From assembly GCA_030248215.1 (NCBI GenBank), contig JASANG010003345.1, positions 248,001 to 312,000 on the forward strand: a stretch of DNA of 64,000 bases. Direction: 5' to 3'. Under the pieces are notes generated by a model. That model made no database searches. It saw nothing but the letters and a program-made list of their open reading frames with translations, and was not told the DNA's origin. A program made the position numbers and the translations under genes. Below are positions 1-14,594 of the stretch, piece by piece. The number at the start of each line of letters is the position of its first letter. Position 1 is the stretch's first letter. This stretch comes from Enoplolaimus lenunculus (taxonomy: Eukaryota).

Positions 1-881
1 ACGACTGTATTTCTGCGCACGCCAGTACTGTATACGTACTGATATAAAATAAGAAATCTAAGCCAACAATTAATTTTAAATCAGTAACTAAATATTTTGG
101 CACGTCTCAAGTTTTAGCAACAGTGCACAAATATAGACCCCATATCGGGTTAACATCCGGCTCCGGTTACCGGCAAAAAATTTACTATCCGGCTCCGGTT
201 TCAGTATCCGGCAAAATTAATATACGGTCGAACCATTCCGTTGGCAACCAATGTGTCACATGCGTGATATATCCTGACCTTTTTCCATCCCTGGAATTAA
301 ACAAAACCCACCCGCAAGCAATGAGTTTAAAGTTTTTAATTTCTACGTAAAAATAATCCTCCGGCCCGGCGGAAATAAGACATCCGGCTCGCGTTGCGAA
401 ATTCGGTATAAATGTATTGCAATACCGCATATTTACAGTCAAAACAATGTTTGCATTTCACCGACTCCAGCTCAGGTATCCGAGTTACTGACATGCGTTC
501 GCTCCTTGGCGAGGGTTGGGTGCGAGCAAAAACACGAGTGTTTGCTAAATAATTTGCGACGTTTGCATATATATCTAGACACGCAGCACACAGGTTACAA
601 TTCTGGCACTTGTAAACATGCTCCCACATCTCACCCAAACTAAGCTTCCACCATTGCCGCCAAGACAGCATTTTACCTGACTGTTTTTCAACAACTCATA
701 AACTGAGAGTTTCCTTGAAACCAACGAACGTAACAAAACCAATCGCCATAAATAATAATCCTCGTTTAAGCTTTCAGTGTACACCATTGACACAACTCAA
801 AAAAGCGACATAACACAACTGCTACAAAAAATATCTGTCTTTCTCTATCCAGATCTATCCCATCATCATGTCAAAGCATCA

Positions 882-927
882 TAACATCATCAGCATCATC
901 ATCATCATCAACAACAACAACAACAAT

Positions 928-961
<34 letters not shown>

Positions 962-985
962 TAATAATAATAATAATAATAACAA
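882..985. repeat. Compound microsatellite (CAT)n(CAA)n(AAT)n
   Basis: Directly visible. Confidence 0.95.
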
Positions 986-3900
986 CGCACTTGCGTGTGT
1001 GATAACAAGGCAGTTTGCGATTAAAAATTCATGCAGATATTACATTGTTAACGGTGCAACAACACATGCATTATATATGTGCAGATAAGACACGTATTAT
1101 ATTGACTTGGAACTAAACCGATAAGTGTTATAACGCCTGTGGAGTGTGGGCATCAGAGCTGCACGCTACCCGTGGTTAAACGCGGGACGGGTACCGGGGT
1201 ACGTAACAAAATTTTGACGCGGGTATTCCCTCGGATAAAAAACTGCCAAACGCGGGAAAACAATTTCAAAGCGCGGGTAAAAATTTGTGATTTTTTACAC
1301 GCCAAAAATACTTAAAAAAATCTTGAAATCAGATTGTTAGAAAAACTTGAATTTTTAAACTGTTTTACCGTATGAGTGAAAAACTGTTGCGATGAGTGAA
1401 GATCAAGTAGTGAGAACGAAACGGGGGTCTTTTCGGTTATCCTCCCCAAGCCCGCGTTTACACAAAAGTGGTCGTCGGATTTTGAACATTATTATGGTCA
1501 CATAACTGATTTGGCGTTGACCCAAAACGCCCACTTTTGGGCAAAACGCTGGCTGGAGGATAACCGAAAAGACCCCGAAATTGTTCACTTACAGGCAGTA
1601 GGGTTGATAAACATCTGTTTTGGGACACTAGAGTTGATATATATATAACTGAAAATTTCTCCTAAAGAATAAAATTTTGTTACTCCTGTGCGTAAAGAAC
1701 AATGTGTTATATCGCCCTGGTGACACTGTTTGGTGCGATCTGCTCCTAACATCGTCTTTCTGTTGTTAACATTTAGTTCTTTATTAAAGAAAATAAAATT
1801 GTTCAAAATCATGAGTACTTGCGTATATACTTAATATAGAAATATATACGCACGTAAATATATCACTATATACGCAAAACGGTACTGGATTATACCAGAA
1901 TCGGAATCGGAACAACAAATTTATACCGGAATTGTAATCGGAATCGGATCAAAGAAATTTTGTGACCGTACGGAGAATTTTTGTATTGACAAATATAATG
2001 TTTGTTTTGGGTGTCTGTTGGCTGGCAACCTCTTTCAAAAAGATCGCACGATCAAGTTGGCGACGATTTTTGGTTGTGTAAATCTAAATTACAATCAATT
2101 ATTGATAAGTTAACTCATAGAAAGCAATTTAATAGATGACTAGTACAGAATTTTTATGCAACGCATCACAACAGGTAAAATTAAAATTAAAATTTCAAAA
2201 TTCCGATTCCTAGTGATTGTGCAATCGGTTTCAATCTAAATTCTAATCGAAATCGAAATTCGGACTGCACCCTGTCATATATATGTATGTATGTTTTTCT
2301 TGATACATGGACGTACGTAGCCTAATGTAAAATTTACATTCAACACAGACGCAATCAGACTGAAAAACCATGCGAAACTGGGTTTCTTTCGTGATCTGCC
2401 CAAAAATGGACGATTTGGGTAATTTTTGCATATTTGAACTTCCTCATAATTTTCCAACGATCTTCTCACACCATTCATGAGTAAATTGTACGTGTATGCC
2501 AGGTGTTGAGGTGTCTCTTAATCAATTGAGTTTCGAGTGCTTACGGCTTCACCGCCAATAGTGAAATAACCGTTTTCTACAATGGCGACTCAAAACAAAA
2601 CAAAACAAAAAAAGCTTCAGCTCAGCTGCCTATAAAGTTGAAAAACACACCATTCGATAATGAATTTTTGTCATTTTCAATTAAAATGTTCACTACATCA
2701 TATATATACATACATACATACATACATACAAGTTTATAAGTTGACAATACACAAAGATTGGCACACCGAGTTTCGGCGACGCCTCAGGAAGTCATACTTA
2801 AGCTGTGTGTGCACTAATTCTGCATGTTGATACGTTCTACAATACTCAACGCATATAATTATGTAGTGTAGTAAAGCACAGATGTGTTTCAGTGTTTGTA
2901 ACTGAACTGTTCTGTACGCGCGAGAACAACTACTGCAATCAATGTAAACTAAAACTAGATTTAACGATGTTAAATAAAACGAAAGTTGAGAAACTTTTAA
3001 TCTTTAACCTTTGGGCTACTGGATAATAACAGTTATGAGTCATGTTGTATTTGCGGGGCGGCGCCCGTCTCACCTAAGAGCGTACAATACCGGATACTAC
3101 CGGAAATCATTACAATCATGAAGAGATACGTATATATTGCGTCATAATGAATATTTAATACGACACGGATGCCAACAACCGACAAGGGTACAAAGATGTC
3201 TTCCGGTAACTTATATGCATGCATACGTATATATTGGTTCAACTTTGTCAGAAAAAATTTAAATATGTGACCGTAAACAATTCAATTATTCAAAAGTTCA
3301 CATGTAGGTGTGAAATGAACAGGACAGATCATGAAACCCTCAAATATGCAAATTCAATCATCCTACACCGCGTACACGACCCTGACTGTCAGGGCCAGAG
3401 CAGCCACCCCCATACCCCACATTTGGGGAGGGGGCACACCCTTAAACGACCCCCACCATAACCATTTAAAACAAAAACTGCCAAAGTTTTAAAATGCGTC
3501 TGGCTGTTTGCTAGCTTAGCTCGCGATTTTGGCGGCCATCACCGTGTAGTTTGGGACGAGCCCTCATCGCTGTCTGCTCCGACACTGCTGACTGGTGATA
3601 AAACTCGCATGAAACACATAAACATAATTTATGAAACATTGGAAAAACGCATATATATATATATTTAAAAGATATCAATAAATACAAATAGCCAAGATTC
3701 ACAGCGTGAAGCAACCGTACGCGACCCTAAAGGAAAAACTATTTTCTGCATCAAGTTCTTACAAATCAAATATATACACTGTTGTAGTGATACAACACGA
3801 ACACACTCGAACTGTCATCCACAACATATATGGCAACATGGTTTACATGTTTCTCGACGGCTCGCATTCCAAACACGTGGAACACAAGCGTGAGGCACTA

Positions 3901-4240
3901 GCCAGGTGGATTGAGGGTCAACCAAACCACCGTTGAGATTCTTAGACAGGAAGAAACTTTGTTACTGGTGACACAAGGACGTTCTCCGAATAGCATACTA
4001 ATCTCACGAGAGTACGTACTATTTCTTCAGAGAACAACCAAAAATTCCGATTTCGATTACAATTCCGCGATTGAAACGGCCGTTATGGATTCGCACAATT
4101 TCGAATCCAAAACGTGCGTCTTAAAACATGAGGCATCTCTAAAGCTGTTATAAAATGTCACAAATGAAAGCAACAAAATTGTAACAAAAAACAATCTAAA
4201 TTAAACCATACAGCAAGCAGAAAGGTATACGTCCCTGTTA

Positions 4241-4415
4241 CAGTGGCGGATCCAGGATCTCAAAATGGGGGGCCCCAAAATTTCACAGGTAATAAACTTA
4301 CTTTTGACCCATACACAAACGACGAACTATTGTCACAAAATTGCTATATAATTTTTGTCGAGATGCTGTTGGGGGGGGGGCACGGCCGGGGTGGCCTCCC
4401 ATGGATCCGCCATTG
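4241..4415. mobile_element. hAT-type MITE, sibling of 6609-6777
   Basis: Near-identical to 6609-6777 with the same TIRs. TSD not evident. A further 5' fragment lies near 40450. Confidence 0.8.
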
Positions 4416-5292
4416 AGTTCAGACACAGTTTTGTGTGCAAAATATGCATAGCAGGCAACCTGCTTTACACGTTCAACTTTATCCCCTCCCCGACTGATCT
4501 TCTTCAATCAAACTTGAGACTCGATGTCACCGTCCCTGTCCAAAGTCCTGGCTACGCGACGCGCATGCGTAATAATATTGTTTGTTCCAACGCTTAAAAT
4601 CTGTGTTGTCCAACCGAAATTAATTCAACGCCAACTTCCACACGGTGGCCACAAACGATCATCAGCCGTCATCCGCTGTTTTTCCGTCACATCAGAACTA
4701 ACGACAAAAAACGGAAGCGTACTTCAACCCATTACTGTGTTTTCATTTTTTGAAAACAACATATACAAAAAACGATTCTTAATAATCATTTTAGCAACCT
4801 AAATACTTGCTTATTTTTGTGTACTAAATCGCATATTGTTTTAAATGCGATTATATATACGTAGGTTATTTTGAGGGAAACGTGGTCACTTCGGAAGCGT
4901 ATCACCTCATATGTATTTTTTCCATTTCAAGCTTACAGATGGTTGCTTTCGCCTGCTAAAAGTGCTTTGTTTTGTTGCCATTAAAATTTCGATACGAAAA
5001 ATATAAGGTACCTTTTCTATACCTCCCAATACATACGCCACCGATAGTGACTAATCGATCTTAGGTGGTGTGTTGAGCAATTTCAAACCCAAATTATTAG
5101 CATTTTACCATAAAAAATGTAAAATAAATTTGCAATTCAACATTAAAACAACAAAAATTGAACAATTTCCCACAATCCAGTACGTAATATCTTAAAATTT
5201 TACATTTGGCTACCTATAAATAAAAGTATGTGCGACAGGGCGAGCTTTATCATCCGTAGAGAATTCCGGTGTATACGAGGCAAAATTGGTAA

Positions 5293-5745
5293 AACCAGTC
5301 GCAGTGGGACCACTTTAAAAAGTTTTAATTTAGCTAATAAATTAAGCTAATATGCAAATTAGCAATTAGCTAACTTTTCAATTATCCGTTCTAGAGGTTT
5401 GTAAACAATTTATGCAGATTTCTCGCATACGCTAACTATTCATTTATCGGTTCTGAAGGTTTACAAACATTTTCTTTAGATTCCTCGCGCCTAAATTACA
5501 TTACTTGTAACCGTAATAATTAGTGAAATATATCTTAAAAATCCCAGTTTAGGCTTAACCAATTATGCAAAATTAGCCTGTAGTTAACCCCCCAAGATGA
5601 CAGGCTTTCAAACAAAAAAGTTTATTAAAATCGGTTCACCGGTTCCTGATATTCTTTTCGGACGGACGGACGGGCGGACATCCACCTTTCGACCCTCGAC
5701 CACAAAATAAAAAAAACGCTTATGAGAGTTTCGCTTCGCTCAAAA
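5293..5745 (-). mobile_element. Shorter copy of the same Helentron/DINE-1-like family
   Basis: Shares the accagtcg.agtggga end, tandem-unit sequence, cggacggacgg and the gtttcgcttcgctcaaaaa end with 10141-11109. Confidence 0.7.
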
Positions 5746-6608
5746 AGAAACGCATAAAGTAGAAAAAATCCGCCCAAACGTGTGTTAACAACAACAAAAT
5801 GTGGATTCGGCTAAGACAATGGTTATTCGTATTTACTCAAGTGCAAAAGTTACAGTGTACAAGAATCATCTTTTGCCTTTCCCCGATTTCAAAGAATATC
5901 GTGCTTGCGTTGCGACACTTTTCCGACCAAAACATGTATTTCGGCCCGTTAGGGAAATATTCGAAACAAACACCAAAACTTCAACCGTGATCTGATTTTG
6001 GTGGATTTCAGTAATAAAATAGTATTTTTCAGATTTCACTGCTGGCCAAAAACCAAAATGATGTTTTTTTCGCATCCTGATTTTCGACTTAATTAAAGCC
6101 GCACGCATACATCTACCAATATTTCAAACTCGGCAAAGAGAAAACAGTTATCCCTAATGCTCAAAAAACACTGCAACACTACGTATTAATTAACTCGGAC
6201 CAAACAACGCCTTGTCTTGATTAGTCTTGTCTTGATTAGATTAGATTTGAAAAAAACAAACTAATAAACCAAAGATTTTGGGCAATAATACAATCTTTTC
6301 CAAACGGCAAAACCTACAAAGGCTGCCCGCGAATGTAAATTTATGGAGGAGATAACTCAGAAAAATGTCGCGTAGTGTTTTCTGTTAAGGCCGTAGGTCG
6401 TATTTTACAATAAAATTATAAACAGAAAACGTGTTTACCAGATTGCGTGTCAACTAAAGTTGGAATATACGAATTCAGATTCGGCAAACATTAAACGTTT
6501 GCAAACAGATTCGGATTTGGTTTTGACAAAGCCTAATATAGCACAGGTTCGAAAACATCTGTTTGTTTTTGGAAATGGATTTTGAGCGGACTGAGTTAAT
6601 CCTGGGAA

Positions 6609-6777
6609 CAGTGGCGGATCCAGGATCTCAAAATGGGGGGGCAAAATTTCACAGGTAATAAACTTACTTTTGACCTATACACAAACCACGAACTATTGTC
6701 ACAAAATTGCTATAAAATTTTTGTCGAGATGCTGTTGGGGGGCACGGCCGGGGTGAACCCCCATGGATCCGCCATTG
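6609..6777. mobile_element. hAT-type MITE
   Basis: TIRs cagtggcggatcc / ggatccgccattg. Perfect 8-bp TSD CCTGGGAA at 6601-6608 and 6778-6785. Confidence 0.9.
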
Positions 6778-7529
6778 CCTGGGAAACTTTCAGTCCCAAT
6801 GAAACAGTTGGAAATGCATTGAGTGATGGGTCACAGTTAGAAATATTGAATTGAGAAATTTTGATGGGTCACGATGGGTCATGGTTCAAAAATCTGACCC
6901 ATATAACATATGGTTTGTTACCAAGGCGATATCGAAAACTTATCTGACAACATGAATCCTTACAATATACGCTGAAATGTTGATTGATTAATGTGGTCAT
7001 TGGCTATTACTTGCTCGGAGTTCCATGGTACATCAACCGTTAAGGGGAAGTTTGTGACAACCTAGTAATTGAAAACACATTTTCAACAACGGATAGCTCG
7101 ACCGTTTTTGAGAACTGAGAAACTATTCCGTGATATGAGAACGTCAGCTCTCGAGCCAAACTTCTTAGAAAAAGTCATACCAAAACAGCTCGTTCAAATA
7201 ATCATCAGAAAACTCAACACAAAATGTACATGCTTCGTTCGTAGGTATTTTCTGACAGTTTATCGTACGAATCGGTGCGTGCCCTCATAGACACCATAAC
7301 AAGTGGTTATCAAAATGATGTGTGATTATAGCCATTCCATTCTCGCAAAAAATTCACCTTGGACAATTGCTCCGATTGTTGACTTTTGAATGCACCCGAG
7401 GGGGGACATGACTTGATACCCTTAGAGAGAAAAACTTTACTTAATCTAAGAATTGTTGAGTGAGTTGCACAGGCGACACCGTAGCTTGGGTCATGGGTCC
7501 ACTACGTCATGAGTGATGATGGATCATGG

Positions 7530-7878
7530 CAGGGATCGACCGGATATTAATTTTACCGAATACCAGGACAGATACTAAATTGTGTACCGGAACCGGATGT
7601 CAGTGGGATATATGATCTAAATTGGTGCGCTGTTGAAAGTATTTAGGTTATGTAAAATATGCATTTATGGAATTAAGATTAATTGTTGGCTTGGATTTTT
7701 CATTACATTGCCCGTAATTGCAGTCGCTGCAAAATATCTAGTATTTCGACATGTAAAAAGTAATTTTATGATACTTTGGATGAAACCGCAAATATCAGGT
7801 ATCCGGTAAGTTCATACCGAATAACGGATGTCAGCTTTTGTCGGATATAAACACGAACCGGTATCCGGTCGATCCCTA
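7530..7878. mobile_element. hAT-type MITE
   Basis: TIRs cagggatcgaccggata / tatccggtcgatcccta. 8-bp TSD GATCATGG / GATCATGC (one mismatch). Confidence 0.8.
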
Positions 7879-7945
7879 GATCATGCGTTTTTAAATAGAC
7901 GCATATATACTACAGCAAAATATAACAAAAAGCATAAAAACAATG

Positions 7946-8070
7946 GCCCATGTAAACAACAGGGCCTGCCTACTAAACATAAGCATAAACCTAAGCCTAA
8001 ACTTAAGCATAATCCTAAGTCCAAGCTTTCCAAGCTCTTAATCGGCAGTCCCCTATTCTTAACATGGGCC
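7946..8070. mobile_element. Harbinger-like MITE carrying degenerate telomeric (GCCTAA/TTAGGC) repeats
   Basis: TIRs ggcccatgtaaa..acaggg / cccctattcttaacatgggcc around aagcataaacctaagcctaaacttaag. Confidence 0.7.
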
Positions 8071-8940
8071 AACATGACTGGTACATAATTCTACGGTAAC
8101 ACTTTAACGCTTATTTCCTTACAATTCAGTTTTTGCGCCATGTATGTATGTACGTAGTTAAACCCGTACCCGGAATTTTTAACAATGAAAACACAGACCC
8201 GGATTTATTTTCCAGGTAAACACGGGCCTGGAATTTTTATAACTTAAAAACCTATGATAGTATATTTTAAAGATCTAAAAATTCTTAATCATAACCCACG
8301 TATATGTACGTAGGTTATTTATAACTCAAATGTGAAGCCTCTTGACTAACTCATACGATAGTTGTCTTAAGCGACACGTTGGGAGTGTTTTGTTTCTAAT
8401 GAATTTGATACAGTTGGCGTTGGTTGTGCAAATATCTGTTAAATTCTTTAACCTATTTAATTTAGGTTCGATGCAGTTACTATTCAGAATGTAGGCGCGC
8501 GATGTTAAAATCACTTAGATAATTTTATTCCGGGTATTTTTGTAATACCCGGACCCATGTAGTTAAATAACATGCTCCGGCAGCTGCCGTCGTAGCCGAA
8601 TACTGAAGCATCCGGCTCACCACCTACCACCAGTTGGTGATAGTCTCAGTAATTTTATATATAATATTAGTGAATGGTGTGCTTCAAAACACAGCACAGT
8701 TTTTGGTAGGCCGAGTGTTCACAAGCTAACCCATTGTGTGGCTCTTGGTAAATATACGCTTTGTGTGGCTATGACAAACTTACTTTACCCTGGTTCAAAA
8801 AGTCGCTAACGCATTATAACTAACACAATTATTTTATTGCGCATACCATCTTCCATGAATGAACTTGAAAGCCCTACAGCCGCATCGGTGCGTAACTGGT
8901 TGTGCCAGTCAGCACTTTACCCCAAAATACCATAACTTAC

Positions 8941-11900
8941 CGATGAATTGCGTCCGGTTGTGCAATCGCGCCAGTTGACATTTGTTCAATGATACGTTCG
9001 TGTGCGTCTTCGGAAATATGTGCCCTTGACACCAGTGGGAGGTAGGTTGAATGACCAAGATCACCTGCACGAACCCAAGCGGACTGTTCAATTTCATCCA
9101 GAGTCGCACGAGAGTCTGGATCACGTTGTAACAGTCGTTGAATCAACCTGCAAGTAAGGACGTCACTCATTTCATTTAAATTTGAACGTTTGAACAGTAT
9201 ATACTAAAAAGTTAAAAAAACTAATTAAATCAAAATATCTAGCCCAAAGCAAATAACAGATGAAAACCACATTCACAATTATTTATCGATTTAAACAAAG
9301 TTGATGTGCCTACGATCACAATACGTACATATGCTTGAGTTTGGACATATGTAGTTACTACACAATTTGCATGTTTGTCATATGTATATTCAAAGTTGGT
9401 AGTATTTGAGTTATAGAAAAGTATGTGTTTACTGATTTAGAAGTAAAACGTGAACTTAGATTTCTAATTTTACTTCAGTATCAAAAACATAAGTTTGTTG
9501 ACTTGCCCAGGAAGCAGTTGCAGTAAAATATCTAGTGTTTTCAAATGTAAATAGCAGTCTTTTAATATTCGCGACCACAATTGCAAATATGCCATATCCG
9601 GTAGGTTTATTACAACAGATACCGGAAACAGCTACGAGTTACGGATGTGTCGATCAATAGGCTCAGTAATATCGTCGCTTTTCGTGTAAAAGTGTGTAAA
9701 AGTATTGCGTATCAAAATTGAAACCGGCATCGGTGTTGGCATCGCAAAAAACATTTGGTATCGGCACAATGCCTATGCGATGTTGACACCCTAGGATAAC
9801 AAGCTTTCAAACAAAAAACTTTATCAAGATCCGTTCAACATTTCCTGTGATTCTTGTCGGACGGACAGACAAACGGATGGGCATCCACCTTTTCACCCCT
9901 AAACACAACACATAAAACATTTAGCCAGACCATGAGCTTAGCTTTGCGCAATAAACGTACCATTTGCAGTCTTTAGACAAATACACCGGTAATTCAAATG
10001 AACAATCTAAAATCTTGGTCAACGTTTCGGAATCGTTAGCTTCTTGGAATGGCAAACGTCCGCATACAATCATGTATAAAATCACACCCAGAGACCAGAT
10101 ATCTTAAATTTCAACACTACTAAAGTAGCATATACTTAGTAACCAGTCGTAGTGGGACTACATTTATTGAGCGAAGCTCGAACACACGTAAGCAATTAAG
10201 GTACTATGCAAATTAGTTATTAGCTAACTATTCATTTATCGATTTTAAAGGTTTTTCGACAATTTATTCACATTCCTCGCACCCGAAAACCCATTATTAC
10301 TGAAATTAGATTGCTTGTAACCCTAATAATTAGTGAAACATTGTAAAAACGCCTAATTTAGGCTTATCAGTTATGCTTATATGCAAATGATCTATTAGCT
10401 AACTACTCAATTATCAGTTTTAGACGTTTGTAAACAATTTATTCAGATTCTTCGCACCCAAAAACCTTCAGTAAACCTTAAAAATTATGAAATAATTTAA
10501 AAAGTCCTAGTTTTGTCTTGTCAATTTAGCTAATATGCAAATTAGATATTAGCTAACTACTCAATTATCAGTTTTGGAGGTTTGTAAACAATTTCTTCAA
10601 ATTCCTCGCACCTAAATACCCTTTAGTGCTGAAATTATATTGCTTTTAACCTTAATAATTAGTGAAATATTGTAAAAAGTCCTAATTTAGGCTTATAAAC
10701 TATGCTAATATGCAAATTATCTATTAGCTAACAGTTCAATTATCGTTTTTGGAGGTTTGTAAATAGTCTACGCAGATTTCTCGCACCCAAAAACCCTTTA
10801 ATGCTAAAATTAGATTGCTTCTAACTGTAATAATTTAGTGAAATATTGTGGAAGGTCCTAATTTAGGCTTAATTAATTATGCAAATTAGCCTGTAGCTAA
10901 TAAACGGCTTAAAAGTTTTAAACCCCAATGCGAGGTTAACATCCCAGGATAATTGGCTTCAAACAAAAAAGTTTATCAAAATTGGTTGAGCCGTTCCTGA
11001 GATTCTTTTCGGACGGGCAGACGGACATCCATCTTTCGACCCCCAAGTACAAAACATAAAACGCTTCGCGAAACTCCGAGCTTCGCTAGGAGTTTCGCTT
11101 AGTTCAAAAAGCATGCTTTTTACCGTTATTAAAACGTTAATTTTATACACATTACCAGAAACGCAACATAGGTACAATCAGACGAGTTACCAAATTACGT
11201 AATTTTGAATGGTACAAAAGTACCAGCTCGCTGCATTTTGCCCTACGCAACATTATCATCTCTTGGTACAATTCACCTGAAATATGTGGTTAACACAAGA
11301 TAGACATTGCCATGAGAAAGCTCTATTATATTTTTTAACTCTTACCCACAGCAGGAGCATCGTATTGATCACCGAGAAGAATCTCAGGCGCAGAATATGC
11401 CAGGCTTCCACACGACGTTTCGAGTTTTTTGCCCGGACAATATAGATTGCTGAACCCGAAATCGGTAAGTTTGACCATACCCAATTTTTCAAAAAATACA
11501 ACGTTCTCAGGTTTGAGATCTCTGAAACACACAATTTTGCGCAGTTATAAGGCTGTCTCATGAATCAATTGTTCATGACGAAAAGAAAAACATAACATAT
11601 ATAGCTCTAGAGCTGAATACATTATGGAATATAGTAAAATTTACCTGCGATGATTATAACAATAATATGATTCTATACTGCAAAAATAGTGAAATATAGA
11701 AGCTTTTCGATGAATTTACATTTTCACACTTTCCGTCGGAACACAAAACATACCGATGCACTACATGCAGCTTGTGACAAAATGATATCGCTTGAACAAT
11801 CTGCGCAAAATATCGTTGAGCTTCAGTTTCATCAAGACCAGACGGTTCTCTATTGTATGGCGACGAACTGTCTGTATTGCGCATTAAATAATCGTATAAA

Positions 11901-13655
11901 TCATAGTCACCAAGTTCAAGTATTAAAAACAGTTTCGATTGCGTATCGATAACTTCGTACAAGCGAACAATATTCGGATGTTGAACAAGCTTCATACACC
12001 GGACCTGCAATCAGTAAACAGGGCCCGCATTCTCAAATGCGTGTAGTATCTATCACTAGTTGGTGATACATTTTGTAACTTTCGAACCAGTTAATGAAAT
12101 TTTTCACGCCTTTAAATTTGACTTGCCCTACTTCTAACCAATTTTGAGAACCCCAATTGCAACAGTTCGTCACTTTGAAACACTAACATATATCTTGCTC
12201 CGCCTCCGGTATTTTTGGTATCCATTTAAACCCCAACAAATATCCAGCTCCATCTCCATGATTTTTTGGTATCCGTTTGAACCCTGGGTGTATCTTTCTG
12301 CCAACACATACGACTTATGAGGCATGCAAATATTCACCGCTGTTTTTAAAATTTTAAAGAAAAAATGGAGAATGCACCAAAAATTTTAACGCTATGAATG
12401 AATTTCGTAATTTTTATTTAATATCGAACATTTACAGCATATCTGTAATGAAAATTAAGAGATATATACATAGTCACTTATAACTAATTTTGAGCATAAA
12501 AATAACAGAACTTCCGTATTTCTATATATAGCAATGTCCTATAAAAATTTAACAAAAGGGTATTTTTGAATATTTTTTCACCTAGCTTTAGGTATCTGTT
12601 CTTTTATGTGTTCTATAGATTTCTTAAAGCGTGATGGTTGCTTCTGCAACCGTTTTCGACGCCAAATATGCACCTATAGCTCAAACTGGGTGTTTGGTTT
12701 TTCGTAGACAAAACACGAAAAAATTGAACAATCAGTAACGAAAAAATGAAGATCGCGTTTTCTGATCGATATTTCTTAACTGTGCTGGAGGAGCATTTTC
12801 CAACTTATTGAATATTTCTGATCGATATTTCTTAACTGTGCTGGAGGAGCATTTTCCAACTTATTGAATATTAAATAAACTCTTGAAAACTGCATCATAT
12901 TTTTACGGAGTCTTATTTTGGTGGCTTACAAAAAAGCAACCATAATTTGGTATTTTTTCGAAGCTAAAAATGTTTTGTTAAGCCATCGTATTTCTGAAAT
13001 TTCTTAGTTTATATTTTAAATCTACGATATCAAAAACCTATATATATAAAGCTTCAACTGAATATTTTTGCTTTAGAAAAGTTACTAAACTGTATAGGCT
13101 AGATATAATATTATTTAGCCTGCCAAAAAATAGTGCTCGGCAAGTTTGCAAGCATGTGATTTCATGTGTTTGTTTGAAAATGCAGTTTTTCAAATTTTTA
13201 GTGTATATATGGGTGCAGAAACGAAATAAATTTATAGCATCTTCTAGTATTATTTTTAATGGGCTTTTCAACGGAACCAAATTTTCTAAGATTCCATTAT
13301 TGTGAAAGTCGTCAGATCTATGTTCAGTGTTTCCTGGATATTTGAAAATGTTAAATTTATATAGGACATTGCTATATAACTGAAACGGACACCGATTTTT
13401 ACCGGAAACCGTAATATCCAGTTGCACCCCGATATATAGGCATACGTAACAACTATTCACCTCTTGAAATAAATGTTCCGTTGACACCGGGTCTAGTTTT
13501 GCTTTATCGATGACTTTGACTGCAACTTTTTCACCAGTGAACACGTGTTTCGCAAGCTTGACAACAGCGAAATGACCCCGGCCAATCGTTTGCTCCAAAT
13601 CGTAAAGTCCAGCTATTTTTGTGTCATAGATACTCCCTCGGCGCATCAATGACAT
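8941..13655 (-). CDS. SNRK: SNF-related serine/threonine kinase (SNRK, AMPK family); kinase domain complete, 3' exons not located in the window
   Basis: Phase-consistent GT-AG exons (minus strand): 13461-13655, 11754-12004, 11346-11521, 9961-10102, 8941-9147. The translation contains [113 protein letters not shown] and [10 protein letters not shown], near-identical to recalled SNRK motifs. The start could be ATG 13655 or ATG 13646. Confidence 0.93.
9780..9955 (-). mobile_element. Fragment of the Helentron/DINE-1-like family
   Basis: gctttcaaacaaaaaa...cggacggacagac...catccacctt...gagcttagctttgcgc matches the family end. Confidence 0.6.
10141..11109 (-). mobile_element. Non-autonomous Helentron/DINE-1-like element with internal ~180-bp tandem repeats
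   Basis: Terminal hairpin GTAGT-GGG-ACTAC, subterminal inverted repeat (ttgagcgaagc / gcttagttcaa), cggacgg microsatellite, and about 4 tandem units containing atgcaaattag/tagctaacta/ctcgcacc. Confidence 0.7.
12527..13378. mobile_element. TA-flanked MITE (Tc1/mariner-like) in SNRK intron 1, with an internal 56-bp direct duplication
   Basis: TIRs tatagcaatgtcctataaaaatttaaca / tgttaaatttatataggacattgctata. Duplicated unit at about 12760-12815 and 12816-12871. Confidence 0.7.
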
Positions 13656-14594
13656 TACAACAATCCCAAACAATATTTAGTTACATGGTTTCATAATGAT
13701 CCTGTATATAAATCTCAAACAAATGTATGTAACTTAAGTGAGACTAATCGTAATCAGTACCTTTGACACTAAAAATGACCGATGCTTTTCCAATACCTTT
13801 AGCACTTAGCAGTAGAAGTCGGAATGCTACGAATGTCACATCCGGCTTTGAAAAGAGTAATTAAAATAATACGGTTTAACTCTTCGCGTGTATTTAAACT
13901 GGAATCGAAATCGTTATCTGCAAAATAGGAATAATAATCCGCATCGGAATCTGCAGAGTACAAAATTTTGGTATCGGCACATCTCACATCGGTACTTTGA
14001 TCACAAGCGAAATGTTTCCGAGGTCAAGCTGCGTACGAAAATATCTTTATACACATATATCTTACAAAATACCTAGCTTAAACCGCACATCGGCCCTCTT
14101 GCACTCAAGTCGAGCATGCACAACTGCTTGTGCCAGTATATGTACCCATGTATGGCAGACTTTTGCTTTACATACACTTACTGTACATAAGTACAGCGGA
14201 GGTACGGAATCTGGACCGCCTAGGAATTTAACAAAAAGTGGCTATGCTATAATTCTCGACAAGCTGAATTCAGCGGCGCAACATTTATTGCTGCAAGACC
14301 AATGGCTCAAAAGTTATGGCCTTAGAAATTCTAGTGCAAACACGCACAGATTGAAGAGGAAGCCTCCATCAATCACATGTTCCTAAAGTATAAACTTTAC
14401 CATGTTTATTCGCAATAAAAATTTGGTTGGAGTTTGTACATGGCTTATATAGTGAAAAGTTGATATTTAAAGGGCCAAAACTTTTGAACAGAGGGACCGT
14501 GCAGATTTTAAAATGGTGCCGCTTGTGGGTATACGCGGTGTAGCTTGTGTATGTGCACTCGTGCACATATAGCAACAGAGGAAATTGCGATATC

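Noticed and set aside
7359..7420. Minus-strand exon-like segment as the next SNRK exon
   Set aside because: The splice signals are plausible, but no frame resembles SNRK, so it cannot be supported.
13038..13460. C-terminal part of the 211-aa ORF
   Set aside because: This is read-through of SNRK exon 1 into intron and MITE sequence.
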